Shown: piece by piece, positions 8,810 through 17,482 of the stretch
How positions within the stretch are numbered: the first letter of the stretch is position 1
How the letters are laid out: each line of letters begins with the position of its first letter
Source of the DNA: an uncultured archaeon
GTDB lineage: Archaea; Asgardarchaeota; Lokiarchaeia; Sigyniarchaeales; SOKP01
Direction of reading: 5' to 3'
NCBI GenBank assembly: GCA_964525635.1
Contig: CAZGJX010000066.1
Span: forward strand, 1-24,773
DNA: 24,773 bases
The notes under the pieces: generated by a model
Database searches by the model: none
Told to the model about the DNA's origin: nothing
Seen by the model: the letters and a program-made list of their open reading frames with translations, nothing else
Program-made: the position numbers and the translations under genes

Positions 8810-10069
8810 TTACATCACCTCCCGTGGATCTGAAATTTTTCCTCTAATAGCAGAGATAGCAACAGTTGCAGGAGAAGCTAAATATACTTTTGAAGTTGGA
8901 TCTCCCATTCTTCCTTTAAAGTTTCTATTAGTAGTACTAATACAAACCTCTTCTGGTCCTAAAACTCCTAAATGACCTCCAATACAGGGACCACATGTAG
9001 AATTTCCTATAATAGCTCCTGCTTTTATAAATATCTCAATTAATCCTTCTTTTAATGCATTGAGAAATATTTCTTTAGAGGCGGGGATAATTATCAATCT
9101 CGTTTCGGGATGAACATAATTCCCCTTCAAAAACTCCGCAGCTATCCTTAAATCTTCTAACCTACCATTCGTACAACTACCCAAAAAAGCTTGATCAATT
9201 TTAATTCCTTCAACTTCATTTATATGAGCTAGATTTCCAGGATTATGTGGTTTTGCTATAATAGGAGTAAGATCAGATAGATCATATGTCATCTCTTTTT
9301 CATAGGTTGCATCATCATCAGGATAAGTAAAATTTAATGAATTCAGACCTCTACTTTTCAACCAATTCTCTAATTTCTTATCTGGTATTAAAATTCCAAA
9401 TTTAGCTCCTGCTTCAACAACCATATTTGATATACTCATCCTCCCATCAATTGATATTGATGATAAACCCTCCCCATGAAATTCTAATGATTTATAAAGC
9501 GCTCCTTTTGTAGAAATATCTCCTATGAATTTTAATATAAAATCCATAGCCATTACATTTTTTGGTAAAGTTCCTGTTAAATGAATTTTATAAGATTCTG
9601 GGACCTTTAACCATAACTTTCCTGTGGCAAATATGGCTATAACATCTGAAGCACCAATTCCCGTGGAGAGACAATTAAATGCCCCATATGTTGTGCTATG
9701 ACTATCACTTCCAACAATTAACATTCCTGGTTTTGCAAAACCCTTTTCAGGTAATACTTGATGAGATATGCCTTCATTTTGTAAAAAATTATGAATGAAA
9801 TTATACTCTTTCGCAAACTCTCGACATTTTTGATGTCTTTGAGCAGCAGAAATTGTAGGGGCAGGAAACCAATGATCTAATATAAAAAATATCTTATTTG
9901 GATCCCAAACATAATCTATGTTCAATTTTCTATATTCCTCTTGAATTATCCCACCTAATTGTTCATGAACCATAATTAAATCAATATTGGCATGGATAAA
10001 TTGTCCCGGGTATAAATCTTTATTATTATTATGTTTTATTAGTATTTTTTCACAGATAGTATAACTCAA
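8810..10069 (-). CDS. leuC: 3-isopropylmalate dehydratase/homoaconitase family large subunit
   Basis: DH, GSDSHSTTYGA, GSCTNGR, CGPCIG, STTNRNFKGRMG, YLASPA aconitase-family motifs; TTG start. Confidence 0.92.
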   Translation of the reverse strand: MSYTICEKILIKHNNNKDLYPGQFIHANIDLIMVHEQLGGIIQEEYRKLNIDYVWDPNKIFFILDHWFPAPTISAAQRHQKCREFAKEYNFIHNFLQNEGISHQVLPEKGFAKPGMLIVGSDSHSTTYGAFNCLSTGIGASDVIAIFATGKLWLKVPESYKIHLTGTLPKNVMAMDFILKFIGDISTKGALYKSLEFHGEGLSSISIDGRMSISNMVVEAGAKFGILIPDKKLENWLKSRGLNSLNFTYPDDDATYEKEMTYDLSDLTPIIAKPHNPGNLAHINEVEGIKIDQAFLGSCTNGRLEDLRIAAEFLKGNYVHPETRLIIIPASKEIFLNALKEGLIEIFIKAGAIIGNSTCGPCIGGHLGVLGPEEVCISTTNRNFKGRMGDPTSKVYLASPATVAISAIRGKISDPREVM

Positions 10070-10097
10070 TTATTTTCACATCATTTATTATTAATTC

Positions 10098-11351
10098 CTA
10101 TGAAGAGAAATCCTTATCAAGATTTAATACAACATTTTTTACTAATATACATGTATCTTTTAAGACTTTAGGATCAACCTTATCTATTGTATCTTTTTTA
10201 GTATGACTCCATGTTGAAGCTGCTCGAGTAACTAAATCAATCGCTTCATAATTTCGCAAATGAAATGGAACTGTATCCGTATGAGCTCCAGTTGTTAGAT
10301 GAAAACCATGGAATTTTATTTTTTTTTCATTTGCTATTATTTCAAAATATTTACCTAATAATGGAGCAACTTTTTTTCTTGGAATGAAACCATAAGTCTT
10401 CAAATATTCTATTTGATTATATTTATGGTTTTTACATGATATCATATCAAAATTAATCTGAAATGGTTTATGTTTAATGAATTGATTTTCATAATTATTT
10501 AAGAAAATTCTTGAACCCATAGTTCCTAATTCTTCAGCAGAGAATTGACAAAACCATAAATTATAATTATTTAATGGATGATTTCGAAAATATGAACTTA
10601 ATTCAAATATTAAAGCCATTCCAGAAGCATTGTCAAGAGCCCCAGGTGATTTATTATGTGTATTAAGATTCATTAATAATAAATTCATGGTTGAAATAAT
10701 AATTGTTGGGCTCCAAATTCCTATTTCCAAAAGACGAGTGCTAATATCTATATGTCCAAATATCGTTAGCAGAAATAATGAATAAAAACCTATTAGAACA
10801 ATACCACTAAAAAACCAAATCCTATATATAAGAATACGCCATTTTGTTTTAATACTTTGAGATTTTGAATCTAAATGAGCAGAAATTAGAATATTTCCTG
10901 CTTTATATTCAATTTGATTACTAGCAGGGATTTTCACAAACACATTTGTGGCATTCACCATTTGACCATAATATTTTCCCCAAAAACCGGGAGATTCTGG
11001 TGTTTTTAAAGCTCTAATAATTAAAAGAGTAATAAATAAAAGTGCTCCCAAAATAAAAAGAGATATTATAGGATATATATAACTTAATAAAATGGTCGTC
11101 AATAAAAATAATAAATTCATCATAGCAATTAATCTAATTAAGGTAGTCGAATAAAAGTTTGAAAAACAAAATGACTCTGCTTTCATTTGCTCCTTAGAAA
11201 ATCCAATTTTATTAAATTTTTTTAAAGTGATCTCAACTGCTTTATTTTCTGCATCAGTTCCAGCTAAACGAGGAAATGACAAATCTTCTATATATTTAAA
11301 TAGTCTTTCTTCGCTGAAAATTTGTTCTTCTGAAAAATTCTTATGATCCAT
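10098..11351 (-). CDS. Membrane-embedded M28-family zinc metallopeptidase
   Basis: PRLAGT, SAHLDS, GALDNASG, SAEELG, NFDM, TDTVPF...H motifs with about four inserted TM segments. Confidence 0.85.
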   Translation of the reverse strand: MDHKNFSEEQIFSEERLFKYIEDLSFPRLAGTDAENKAVEITLKKFNKIGFSKEQMKAESFCFSNFYSTTLIRLIAMMNLLFLLTTILLSYIYPIISLFILGALLFITLLIIRALKTPESPGFWGKYYGQMVNATNVFVKIPASNQIEYKAGNILISAHLDSKSQSIKTKWRILIYRIWFFSGIVLIGFYSLFLLTIFGHIDISTRLLEIGIWSPTIIISTMNLLLMNLNTHNKSPGALDNASGMALIFELSSYFRNHPLNNYNLWFCQFSAEELGTMGSRIFLNNYENQFIKHKPFQINFDMISCKNHKYNQIEYLKTYGFIPRKKVAPLLGKYFEIIANEKKIKFHGFHLTTGAHTDTVPFHLRNYEAIDLVTRAASTWSHTKKDTIDKVDPKVLKDTCILVKNVVLNLDKDFSS

Positions 11352-11425
11352 AATATATTAAATTAAAAATTATATTTTTCTTTTCTATTAAAGCAAAATT
11401 CAACTCACATTTAATTATTTCTATT

Positions 11426-12034
11426 TTAGAGAATCTTATACTTCTTTAAATGTTCAATAACAATATTTTGAATTTTTTCTTGAGTAAATTCGATTATATC
11501 ATCAGAATTAACAATATAATAATTTTCTTTCTCGGCTCTTTTTAAAAAAAGATCTCTTACATTACTTAAAAATTCAATATTTTCAAATTTTTCTAACTCT
11601 TGATTTTTCTTCCTTGCAAGTGAAATCTTAGGATCAATATCTAGTATAATCATTAAATTAGGTTTTCCTGCATATTTATTAATTTGTTTTACCCATTCAA
11701 CAGAGATTTCTTCTGACTGGGAAGTTTGATATACTATTGATGCCTCCAAATATCTATCTGAGATAACTATATATCCTTCATTTAATTTCTTTTTAATTTC
11801 TAAATGATAATGAAGATCACGATCAGCAGCAAACAATAAAGCATCAGTCGAGGGGGGTATTTCTTTATCTGTTAAATATTTCCTTAATAAAAGGCCAATA
11901 TCACTATGGGTTGGTTCTTGAGTTACATATACCATTAGACCTCTATTTTCTAAAAATCCTGCAAGAAGTTTAGAATGTGTAGTGGTACCACTTCCATCAA
12001 TACCATCTAAAACACAGAAAAAAGATTTTTTCAT
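11426..12034 (-). CDS. tmk: Thymidylate kinase (dTMP kinase)
   Basis: DGIDGSGTTT P-loop, TQEP, LLFAADR, VISDRY, LEKFE. ATG at 12034 preferred over TTG at 12037 on SD (AGGA) spacing. Confidence 0.93.
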   Translation of the reverse strand: MKKSFFCVLDGIDGSGTTTHSKLLAGFLENRGLMVYVTQEPTHSDIGLLLRKYLTDKEIPPSTDALLFAADRDLHYHLEIKKKLNEGYIVISDRYLEASIVYQTSQSEEISVEWVKQINKYAGKPNLMIILDIDPKISLARKKNQELEKFENIEFLSNVRDLFLKRAEKENYYIVNSDDIIEFTQEKIQNIVIEHLKKYKIL

Positions 12035-12215
12035 CAAAAATCCTTACACCTATCAAATTAATTAATCATATTTTATATTCAAAAGAATAAACATAATATA
12101 TTCATCATTAAATATCTCTTTATTGGAATTTTTAAATGATTATATAATTATAAAAAAATTAATATTTATTGTAAAAATTATAATATATTTAATTAATTTA
12201 ATAATAAATAGAAAT

Positions 12216-12632
12216 ATGGCATTAAAAAAGAAATACGCATATTGTAATACTTGCGGAAAATCCATTCCCAAACCTAAAAAGAAACCATTGGAATCTATTC
12301 ACTATCAAATAATATTGGTTGCAAGTCTTGCTACTTTCTGCATCGCATTAGTTGTCTTTATAATTTATAGAAAGTTTATTCAAAATAGAAAATATTGTCC
12401 AAAATGTAACAAAGAAATTGTTTATTATGATTCCCCCAATAAAATTCCAGGTCCTAAGGTTCCTGTTATTAATTTACTTGAAAAATTAGAAGATAAAAAG
12501 GATAATAAAAAGGATGAAGTGGTTTCAGAAATAAAGAGAGAATTTATGATCTGTGAGAATTGTGAGAAGGAAATCGAAAAAGAAGCTACAATTTGTCCTT
12601 ATTGTGGGTGGAAACATGAAATTCCGACCTAG
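12216..12632 (+). CDS. LITAF-like zinc-knuckle membrane protein with C-terminal zinc ribbon (paralog 1)
   Basis: CNTC - hydrophobic ~21 aa - CPKC, linker, CENC-x10-CPYC. Start moved to ATG 12216 (MALKKKY) because the upstream TTG extension is translated AT-rich intergenic DNA. Confidence 0.75.
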   Translation: MALKKKYAYCNTCGKSIPKPKKKPLESIHYQIILVASLATFCIALVVFIIYRKFIQNRKYCPKCNKEIVYYDSPNKIPGPKVPVINLLEKLEDKKDNKKDEVVSEIKREFMICENCEKEIEKEATICPYCGWKHEIPT

Positions 12633-12709
12633 ATCTTTTCATTATTTAAATAAAAAAAAGAAATCTTCAAATAGTTTATATTCTAAAAAACGAATTAATA
12701 TGATTTAAA

Positions 12710-13111
12710 ATGGTATCTAGTTATTGTAGTCATTGCCAGCAACAAGTTTTAGTAAAAAGAGAGGATAAAGATATATGTCTAGCAATTATATTAGCTATAT
12801 TTACTGCAGGTATTGGATTAGCAATATACTTAGCAATTTGGTATCGTAAACCTATTAATAGATGTGTTCATTGCAATTCAATAACCAGTCCTTTTGTAGA
12901 TACTCAAATTCCTAATTCTGGAGGTCATTATCCATATCAGGATGATATGATATATGAAATTAAACCCTTTAACAACCCTTTTGTTGAAAAATCGATTGAA
13001 AAAGATGAAAAAGGAAAAATAAAAGAAGAAAGACCACAATTTTGTTCTTTGTGTGGGGAAAAAATAGAATTAGGATTACGTTTTTGTCCTTTATGTGGTA
13101 ATAAAATATAG
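12710..13111 (+). CDS. LITAF-like zinc-knuckle membrane protein with C-terminal zinc ribbon (paralog 2)
   Basis: CSHC - ICLAIILAIFTAGIGLAIYLAIWY - CVHC, linker, CSLC-x10-CPLC. Confidence 0.8.
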   Translation: MVSSYCSHCQQQVLVKREDKDICLAIILAIFTAGIGLAIYLAIWYRKPINRCVHCNSITSPFVDTQIPNSGGHYPYQDDMIYEIKPFNNPFVEKSIEKDEKGKIKEERPQFCSLCGEKIELGLRFCPLCGNKI

Positions 13112-13285
13112 TTATTCCTCCCAATAAAGATTTTCCTAGATATTAAACTCATTAATAATATTATTAAAGTCTAAAATAATATCTTAATTTAATTTCTCCT
13201 AATTATTGGACTAACAATCTTTTTAATATTATTTTTTATAACTTTTAATTAACTGATAAAATATATTTTATAGGTTAAAATAAAT

Positions 13286-13651
13286 ATGACATATGGTTAT
13301 TGTCACAAATGTGGACATAATGTTCTACTTATAAGAGAAAGAATCAAAATTGGTTTAGCTATAATGTTGCTAATTTGTGGTGGGATTGGCTTAATAATCT
13401 ATCTTTGGATTCATTACTCAAAAGAAAAAAATATATGTATTCATTGTAAAACAATTATCTCCTTAAATCATAAAGAACATTATCAAGAAGAATTAAATCC
13501 TTACATAAAAAACTCAAATAAATCACTTAATCATACTGGAGAGTCGATTATTAGAGTCAGTGGTGAGAAATTTATATATTGTTCTCTTTGTGGTAAGCAA
13601 ATAATTGATAAAAATATTGAATATTGTACAGATTGTGGTTCAAAAATTTAA
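13286..13651 (+). CDS. LITAF-like zinc-knuckle membrane protein with C-terminal zinc ribbon (paralog 3)
   Basis: CHKC - IGLAIMLLICGGIGLIIYLWIHY - CIHC, linker, CSLC-x11-CTDC; clearly similar to paralog 2. Confidence 0.8.
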   Translation: MTYGYCHKCGHNVLLIRERIKIGLAIMLLICGGIGLIIYLWIHYSKEKNICIHCKTIISLNHKEHYQEELNPYIKNSNKSLNHTGESIIRVSGEKFIYCSLCGKQIIDKNIEYCTDCGSKI

Positions 13652-13674
13652 ATTAAACAAGGTAAAATTAAATA

Positions 13675-14871
13675 TCATTTTTCTAGATTTTGTTTTATAA
13701 TACTCATAATTTTTGATTCTACGGGGGTACATCCTTGAATAAAGACACCATTTTCACGATTTTTGGCGGTACAATTTCCAATAAGATAAGTGTTGTCATA
13801 TAAATCTGATTCGTTTAAACCTTTTCCAATTGCTAATCTTAAAGGATTTGCTTCTGTAAAATGTTCTTCTATAAACTTTTTATTATTTTCTAATAAATTC
13901 ATTATCGTAGATAAACAAGCAGAACAAGCTTGTTCACTAATTAAACTAACATTTTTATATTTTATAGTTATGGATGTTGGAGGAGGTTCCAGAGATTTAA
14001 TAAATTTTTGATAATCTGATGGAATCGTAATTATATCATTTTTGGATTTAGGCATATCTACTAATAATTCTGAGATTAACTTTAAATGTGGAACATCATT
14101 TAATGTCCAACTTTGACGTGTAAGAGTAAGTGCCATAATATCCGCTGCTAGATAATTAGTTGATGCAATAATTGTATCCATTTTTACCATATTCCCTGAA
14201 GAAGGGCCCATTCCTTCTAAAGCATATGATGCATCTATAATCGCTAAATCGGGATTAAAAATATGAGAAAGATCAGCAATAGCTAAATCTAATTCTTTCA
14301 CTTTTTCTATTTTTTGCTGAAATTTGCTTAATATTTCAGGAGCTTGGAAATGATGTAATTTAATCTTATTTTTTCTATATATAAGACCTTTTAAATTTTT
14401 AAAACTTAAAGATGCTCCACAATGCATATGCATTTTAAGCACTGGTATTGAGATAATGCAATCAATTTCATTCCAATATCCAGTAACTTTAATTTTTTTT
14501 ATTAATCGACCTTTAGGAATTTGTAATATTACTGGTGGTGGTTCATCTAAGTCAATAAAATTGATATTTTTATTTTCTAATAATTGAGAATAGCCAGATT
14601 GAATAAAAGCTTTTCTTGTATCTGTATTTATAATCGGTGAATCTCCCAATAGGAATTTAGCGTTGAATTTTGCATTTAAGTATTTATATACAGCAAATAC
14701 AACATCAGGATTGGTATTAATACCCAATTTAGGATCTGTCTCTCTTCCTACATTTGGTTTCAATAAAATAGTTTTATTATGTAGATCGGGAAGTTTCAAA
14801 TGATTTAATGCAGTATTTACAGCAACTTCAATATTTTCATCACGAGCTAAAGATACGATAGGTTTAACCAT
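13675..14871 (-). CDS. DUF362-domain protein with C-terminal Cys-rich (Fe-S) extension
   Basis: ILLKPN, TNPDVV, PVLKMH...SLSFKNLKG, IIDA..ALEGMGP motifs; C-terminal ACSAC...GNC...GCTP. Confidence 0.85.
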   Translation of the reverse strand: MVKPIVSLARDENIEVAVNTALNHLKLPDLHNKTILLKPNVGRETDPKLGINTNPDVVFAVYKYLNAKFNAKFLLGDSPIINTDTRKAFIQSGYSQLLENKNINFIDLDEPPPVILQIPKGRLIKKIKVTGYWNEIDCIISIPVLKMHMHCGASLSFKNLKGLIYRKNKIKLHHFQAPEILSKFQQKIEKVKELDLAIADLSHIFNPDLAIIDASYALEGMGPSSGNMVKMDTIIASTNYLAADIMALTLTRQSWTLNDVPHLKLISELLVDMPKSKNDIITIPSDYQKFIKSLEPPPTSITIKYKNVSLISEQACSACLSTIMNLLENNKKFIEEHFTEANPLRLAIGKGLNESDLYDNTYLIGNCTAKNRENGVFIQGCTPVESKIMSIIKQNLEK

Positions 14872-14986
14872 TACATTTATAAAAAATACATTGCTTTAAG
14901 ATTTTTTTTTATCAATTTGATCTTAATTAGTCTAAAAAGATTCTAAAATTCTGTTTAATAACTTTAAAAAAGATCAATACTCTTGA

Positions 14987-15856
14987 TTATTCTAAACCTA
15001 AAAATTCAATTATTTTTTTTTTCATAAGATTTGCATTTGGTTTTTTTCCCGTCCACCATTTAAAGGCTAAAGCCCCTTGATTAACTAACATATCCAATCC
15101 TCCCAATGTTTTACATCCTAATTCCGCTGCTTCCTTCATTAATCTTGTATTTAATGGATTATAAACAACATCAAATACAAAAAGGTCATTATGTAATAAT
15201 TCTTTAGAAATAGGTATATTTTGAATATTTGGATACATTCCTATAGGAGTTGCATTTATTAAAATATCAACTGACTTTATTTCTTTAGAAATAATTTCTT
15301 TAGTAGATATTTTTCCACTGACATTTCCTCCTATTTTATCTTTAACTTCATTTGCCAGAAGTTTAGCTCTCTCTTCAACAATATCCAATAAAATTATCTC
15401 CTCTGATTCCTCAGCTAAAACAAAACATAATGCTCTGGATACACCTCCTGCTCCGAGAATTAATATTTTTTTTCCTGAAATATCACATCCCGCATCAATC
15501 AAAGACTTTTTAGCACCATCAGCATCTGTATTCCGTCCAATTAAATAACCATCTTCATTTTTAATAGTATTAATTGCCCCTATCTTCAAAGAAAGTTCTT
15601 CAATTTCATCTAGATATTTTATAACAGCTTCCTTATGGGGTATAGTAACATTCATCCCTTCTATTCCTAAAGCTCTCATTCCATCAATAGCTTTTTCAAG
15701 ATTATCTGAAATTACGTTAAAAGCAACATAAACATAATCCAATCCTAAATTCTCTAAAGCAGGATTCCACATCGTTGGAGACATTGAATGTTCAACTGGA
15801 TTTCCAATAAGACAAAATGTTTTAGTTTGTCCTGTAAATATTTTTTTTTCTAACAT
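14987..15856 (-). CDS. aroE: Shikimate dehydrogenase
   Basis: GNPVEHSMSP, NVTIPHKE, GAINT, NTD, LGAGG, NATPIGM, DVVYNP, GLDMLVNQG. Confidence 0.97.
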   Translation of the reverse strand: MLEKKIFTGQTKTFCLIGNPVEHSMSPTMWNPALENLGLDYVYVAFNVISDNLEKAIDGMRALGIEGMNVTIPHKEAVIKYLDEIEELSLKIGAINTIKNEDGYLIGRNTDADGAKKSLIDAGCDISGKKILILGAGGVSRALCFVLAEESEEIILLDIVEERAKLLANEVKDKIGGNVSGKISTKEIISKEIKSVDILINATPIGMYPNIQNIPISKELLHNDLFVFDVVYNPLNTRLMKEAAELGCKTLGGLDMLVNQGALAFKWWTGKKPNANLMKKKIIEFLGLE

Positions 15857-15947
15857 AAAAAATTTATTTTTAGATATTTTTAATTTGTTTTTTAAATTTA
15901 AAATGCAAAATTAATAATATTTCTTTTGAAATTAGGTTAAGTAAATA

Positions 15948-16475
15948 ATGACTAAAAATTCTATCGCGCTTATAGGTTTTATGGCAACTGGAAAAACGAC
16001 TATAGGTGAAAAATTAGTAGAAGTATTAGGTGATGATTACAAATTCATTGAAATGGATCAGTTGATTGTAAAAAAAGCGGGTAAATCGATTCCAAAGATT
16101 TTCTCTGAAAATGGTGAGCTAAAATTTAGAGAATATGAAATAGCAATTTGTAAAGAATTATCAGATTATAAAAAAGTTGTTATCTCATGTGGAGGTGGCG
16201 TTATTCTTAATAAAATCAATATAGACTATCTGAAACAAAATTGTTTTATTATATTGTTAGAAGCTTCTATTAATATCATTTATAAAAGGGCTATGAAAGA
16301 TGGAAAAGAAAGTAGACCAGTGATTAATAAAGAAGATCCCAAAAAAGAAATAGAGAAGGTTATGAAATTTAGAGAGCCTTTTTATAGGGCTGCTGCAGAA
16401 ATTAAAATAGATACTTCCAATAAAACAATCAATGAGATTGTTAAATTAATTTTAGATAAAATTAATATAAAATAA
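15948..16475 (+). CDS. aroK: Shikimate kinase, bacterial-type (NMP-kinase fold)
   Basis: IGFMATGKTT, EMD..I, IF...GE..FREYE, SCGGG, SRP, REPFY. Confidence 0.95.
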   Translation: MTKNSIALIGFMATGKTTIGEKLVEVLGDDYKFIEMDQLIVKKAGKSIPKIFSENGELKFREYEIAICKELSDYKKVVISCGGGVILNKINIDYLKQNCFIILLEASINIIYKRAMKDGKESRPVINKEDPKKEIEKVMKFREPFYRAAAEIKIDTSNKTINEIVKLILDKINIK

Positions 16476-16656
16476 TTATGAAAATGATAACTTAAAAATA
16501 TAAATTCCATCCATTTTATGATTTTGATAGTTTTTCTACATAATATCTTTTTTTCATAAAAATATTTATCAAAAATCTATTGGTATTATTTAAAAACCTA
16601 GATTTATATTTTTAAAATCTATTTTATATGTAAATTAATTATTAGGAGCTGAAGAA

Positions 16657-16827
16657 TTGTCAGATTATAAACGTACAAAATGTCCAAAATGTGGAAATGA
16701 AAACCCTAGAAAGATTCATGAGGAACCTGATAAAAATACTGTTCTTTATTATAGCATGCAGGGTACTCCAGTTTATAAAATGAAGTGTAAATGTGGTTTA
16801 TGTGGAAATATATTTGAAAAGTCTTAA
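16657..16827 (+). CDS. Small zinc-ribbon protein, 56 aa (absent from ORF track)
   Basis: TTG start 8 nt after GGAG (16645-16648); MSDYKRTKCPKCGNENPRKIHEEPDKNTVLYYSMQGTPVYKMKCKCGLCGNIFEKS*; CPKCG and CGLCG knuckles; GC higher than flanks. Confidence 0.85.
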   Translation: MSDYKRTKCPKCGNENPRKIHEEPDKNTVLYYSMQGTPVYKMKCKCGLCGNIFEKS

Positions 16828-17114
16828 GTTCATTATTTTTCTTAAACTTTTTAGTTTTTCAAGGAGTTTTTATCTATTTTAAAATATTTAAACAATCAAA
16901 AAAAAAACACACTTTTCTTAATTATAAGATCTAAACAGCCATACAATATACATCTTAAGTTAAAAAGATTAAGTTGATATATCCAAGTTTATATTCTAAA
17001 TTTTCTTAATTTTTATTCTTAAATAATGTATATATTAACTTTATTTAACGATTTCATTATTTTACTTTATTAATTCTTTTTTGAAAACCTTAGAATATTA
17101 ATAGTTTTTTATTA

Positions 17115-17381
17115 TTAAATATACCGCTCTTGAAGCATTATGCCACACGATTTGCATATTCTTGCTCGCCAATAATTAAGTTCCTGACACGATGGATAAG
17201 CATTTATTTCAATAGTTTTAGTAAATCATTGTTCATCTCCATAATGTTTACGGTAATTTACATCCCGTCTCTCTCTTTTAAGAAATTCTTTATAAGGAAA
17301 TTTTTCTATACTTTTACAAGGATAAGCATCACATTCGACACAAGTTTGAAAATTTTTTTGGTGGACACATTCCACAATAGG
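17115..17381 (-). pseudogene. 5'-truncated DUF3795-type gene remnant with C-terminal zinc ribbon
   Basis: Manual translation PIVECVHQKNFQTCVECDAYPCKSIEKFPYKEFLKRERRDVNYRKHYGDEQ*FTKTIEINAYPSCQELNYWRARICKSCGIMLQERYI*. It keeps the C..CVECD.YPC DUF3795 tail, has an internal TGA at 17226-17228, and lacks the N-terminal CG..C..C part. Confidence 0.75.
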
Positions 17382-17482
17382 TATTAAATAGTGAAAATAG
17401 TCTAGGATCCTCCATTTTTAGATCATAAAATATGATGTTTTTTTTTGATTGGTTTAAATTATTTTCTTTTTAAAAATATAAA

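Noticed and set aside
12123-12215. N-terminal 31 codons of the 169-aa ORF
   Set aside because: AT-rich intergenic sequence; paralogs begin just before the first CxxC, so ATG 12216 is preferred.
12937-13152. 71-aa ORF on - strand
   Set aside because: Antisense to LITAF-like paralog 2.
13790-14011. 73-aa ORF on + strand
   Set aside because: Antisense shadow of the DUF362 gene.
17130-17387. 85-aa ORF on + strand
   Set aside because: Better explained as the antisense of the DUF3795 remnant on the - strand.
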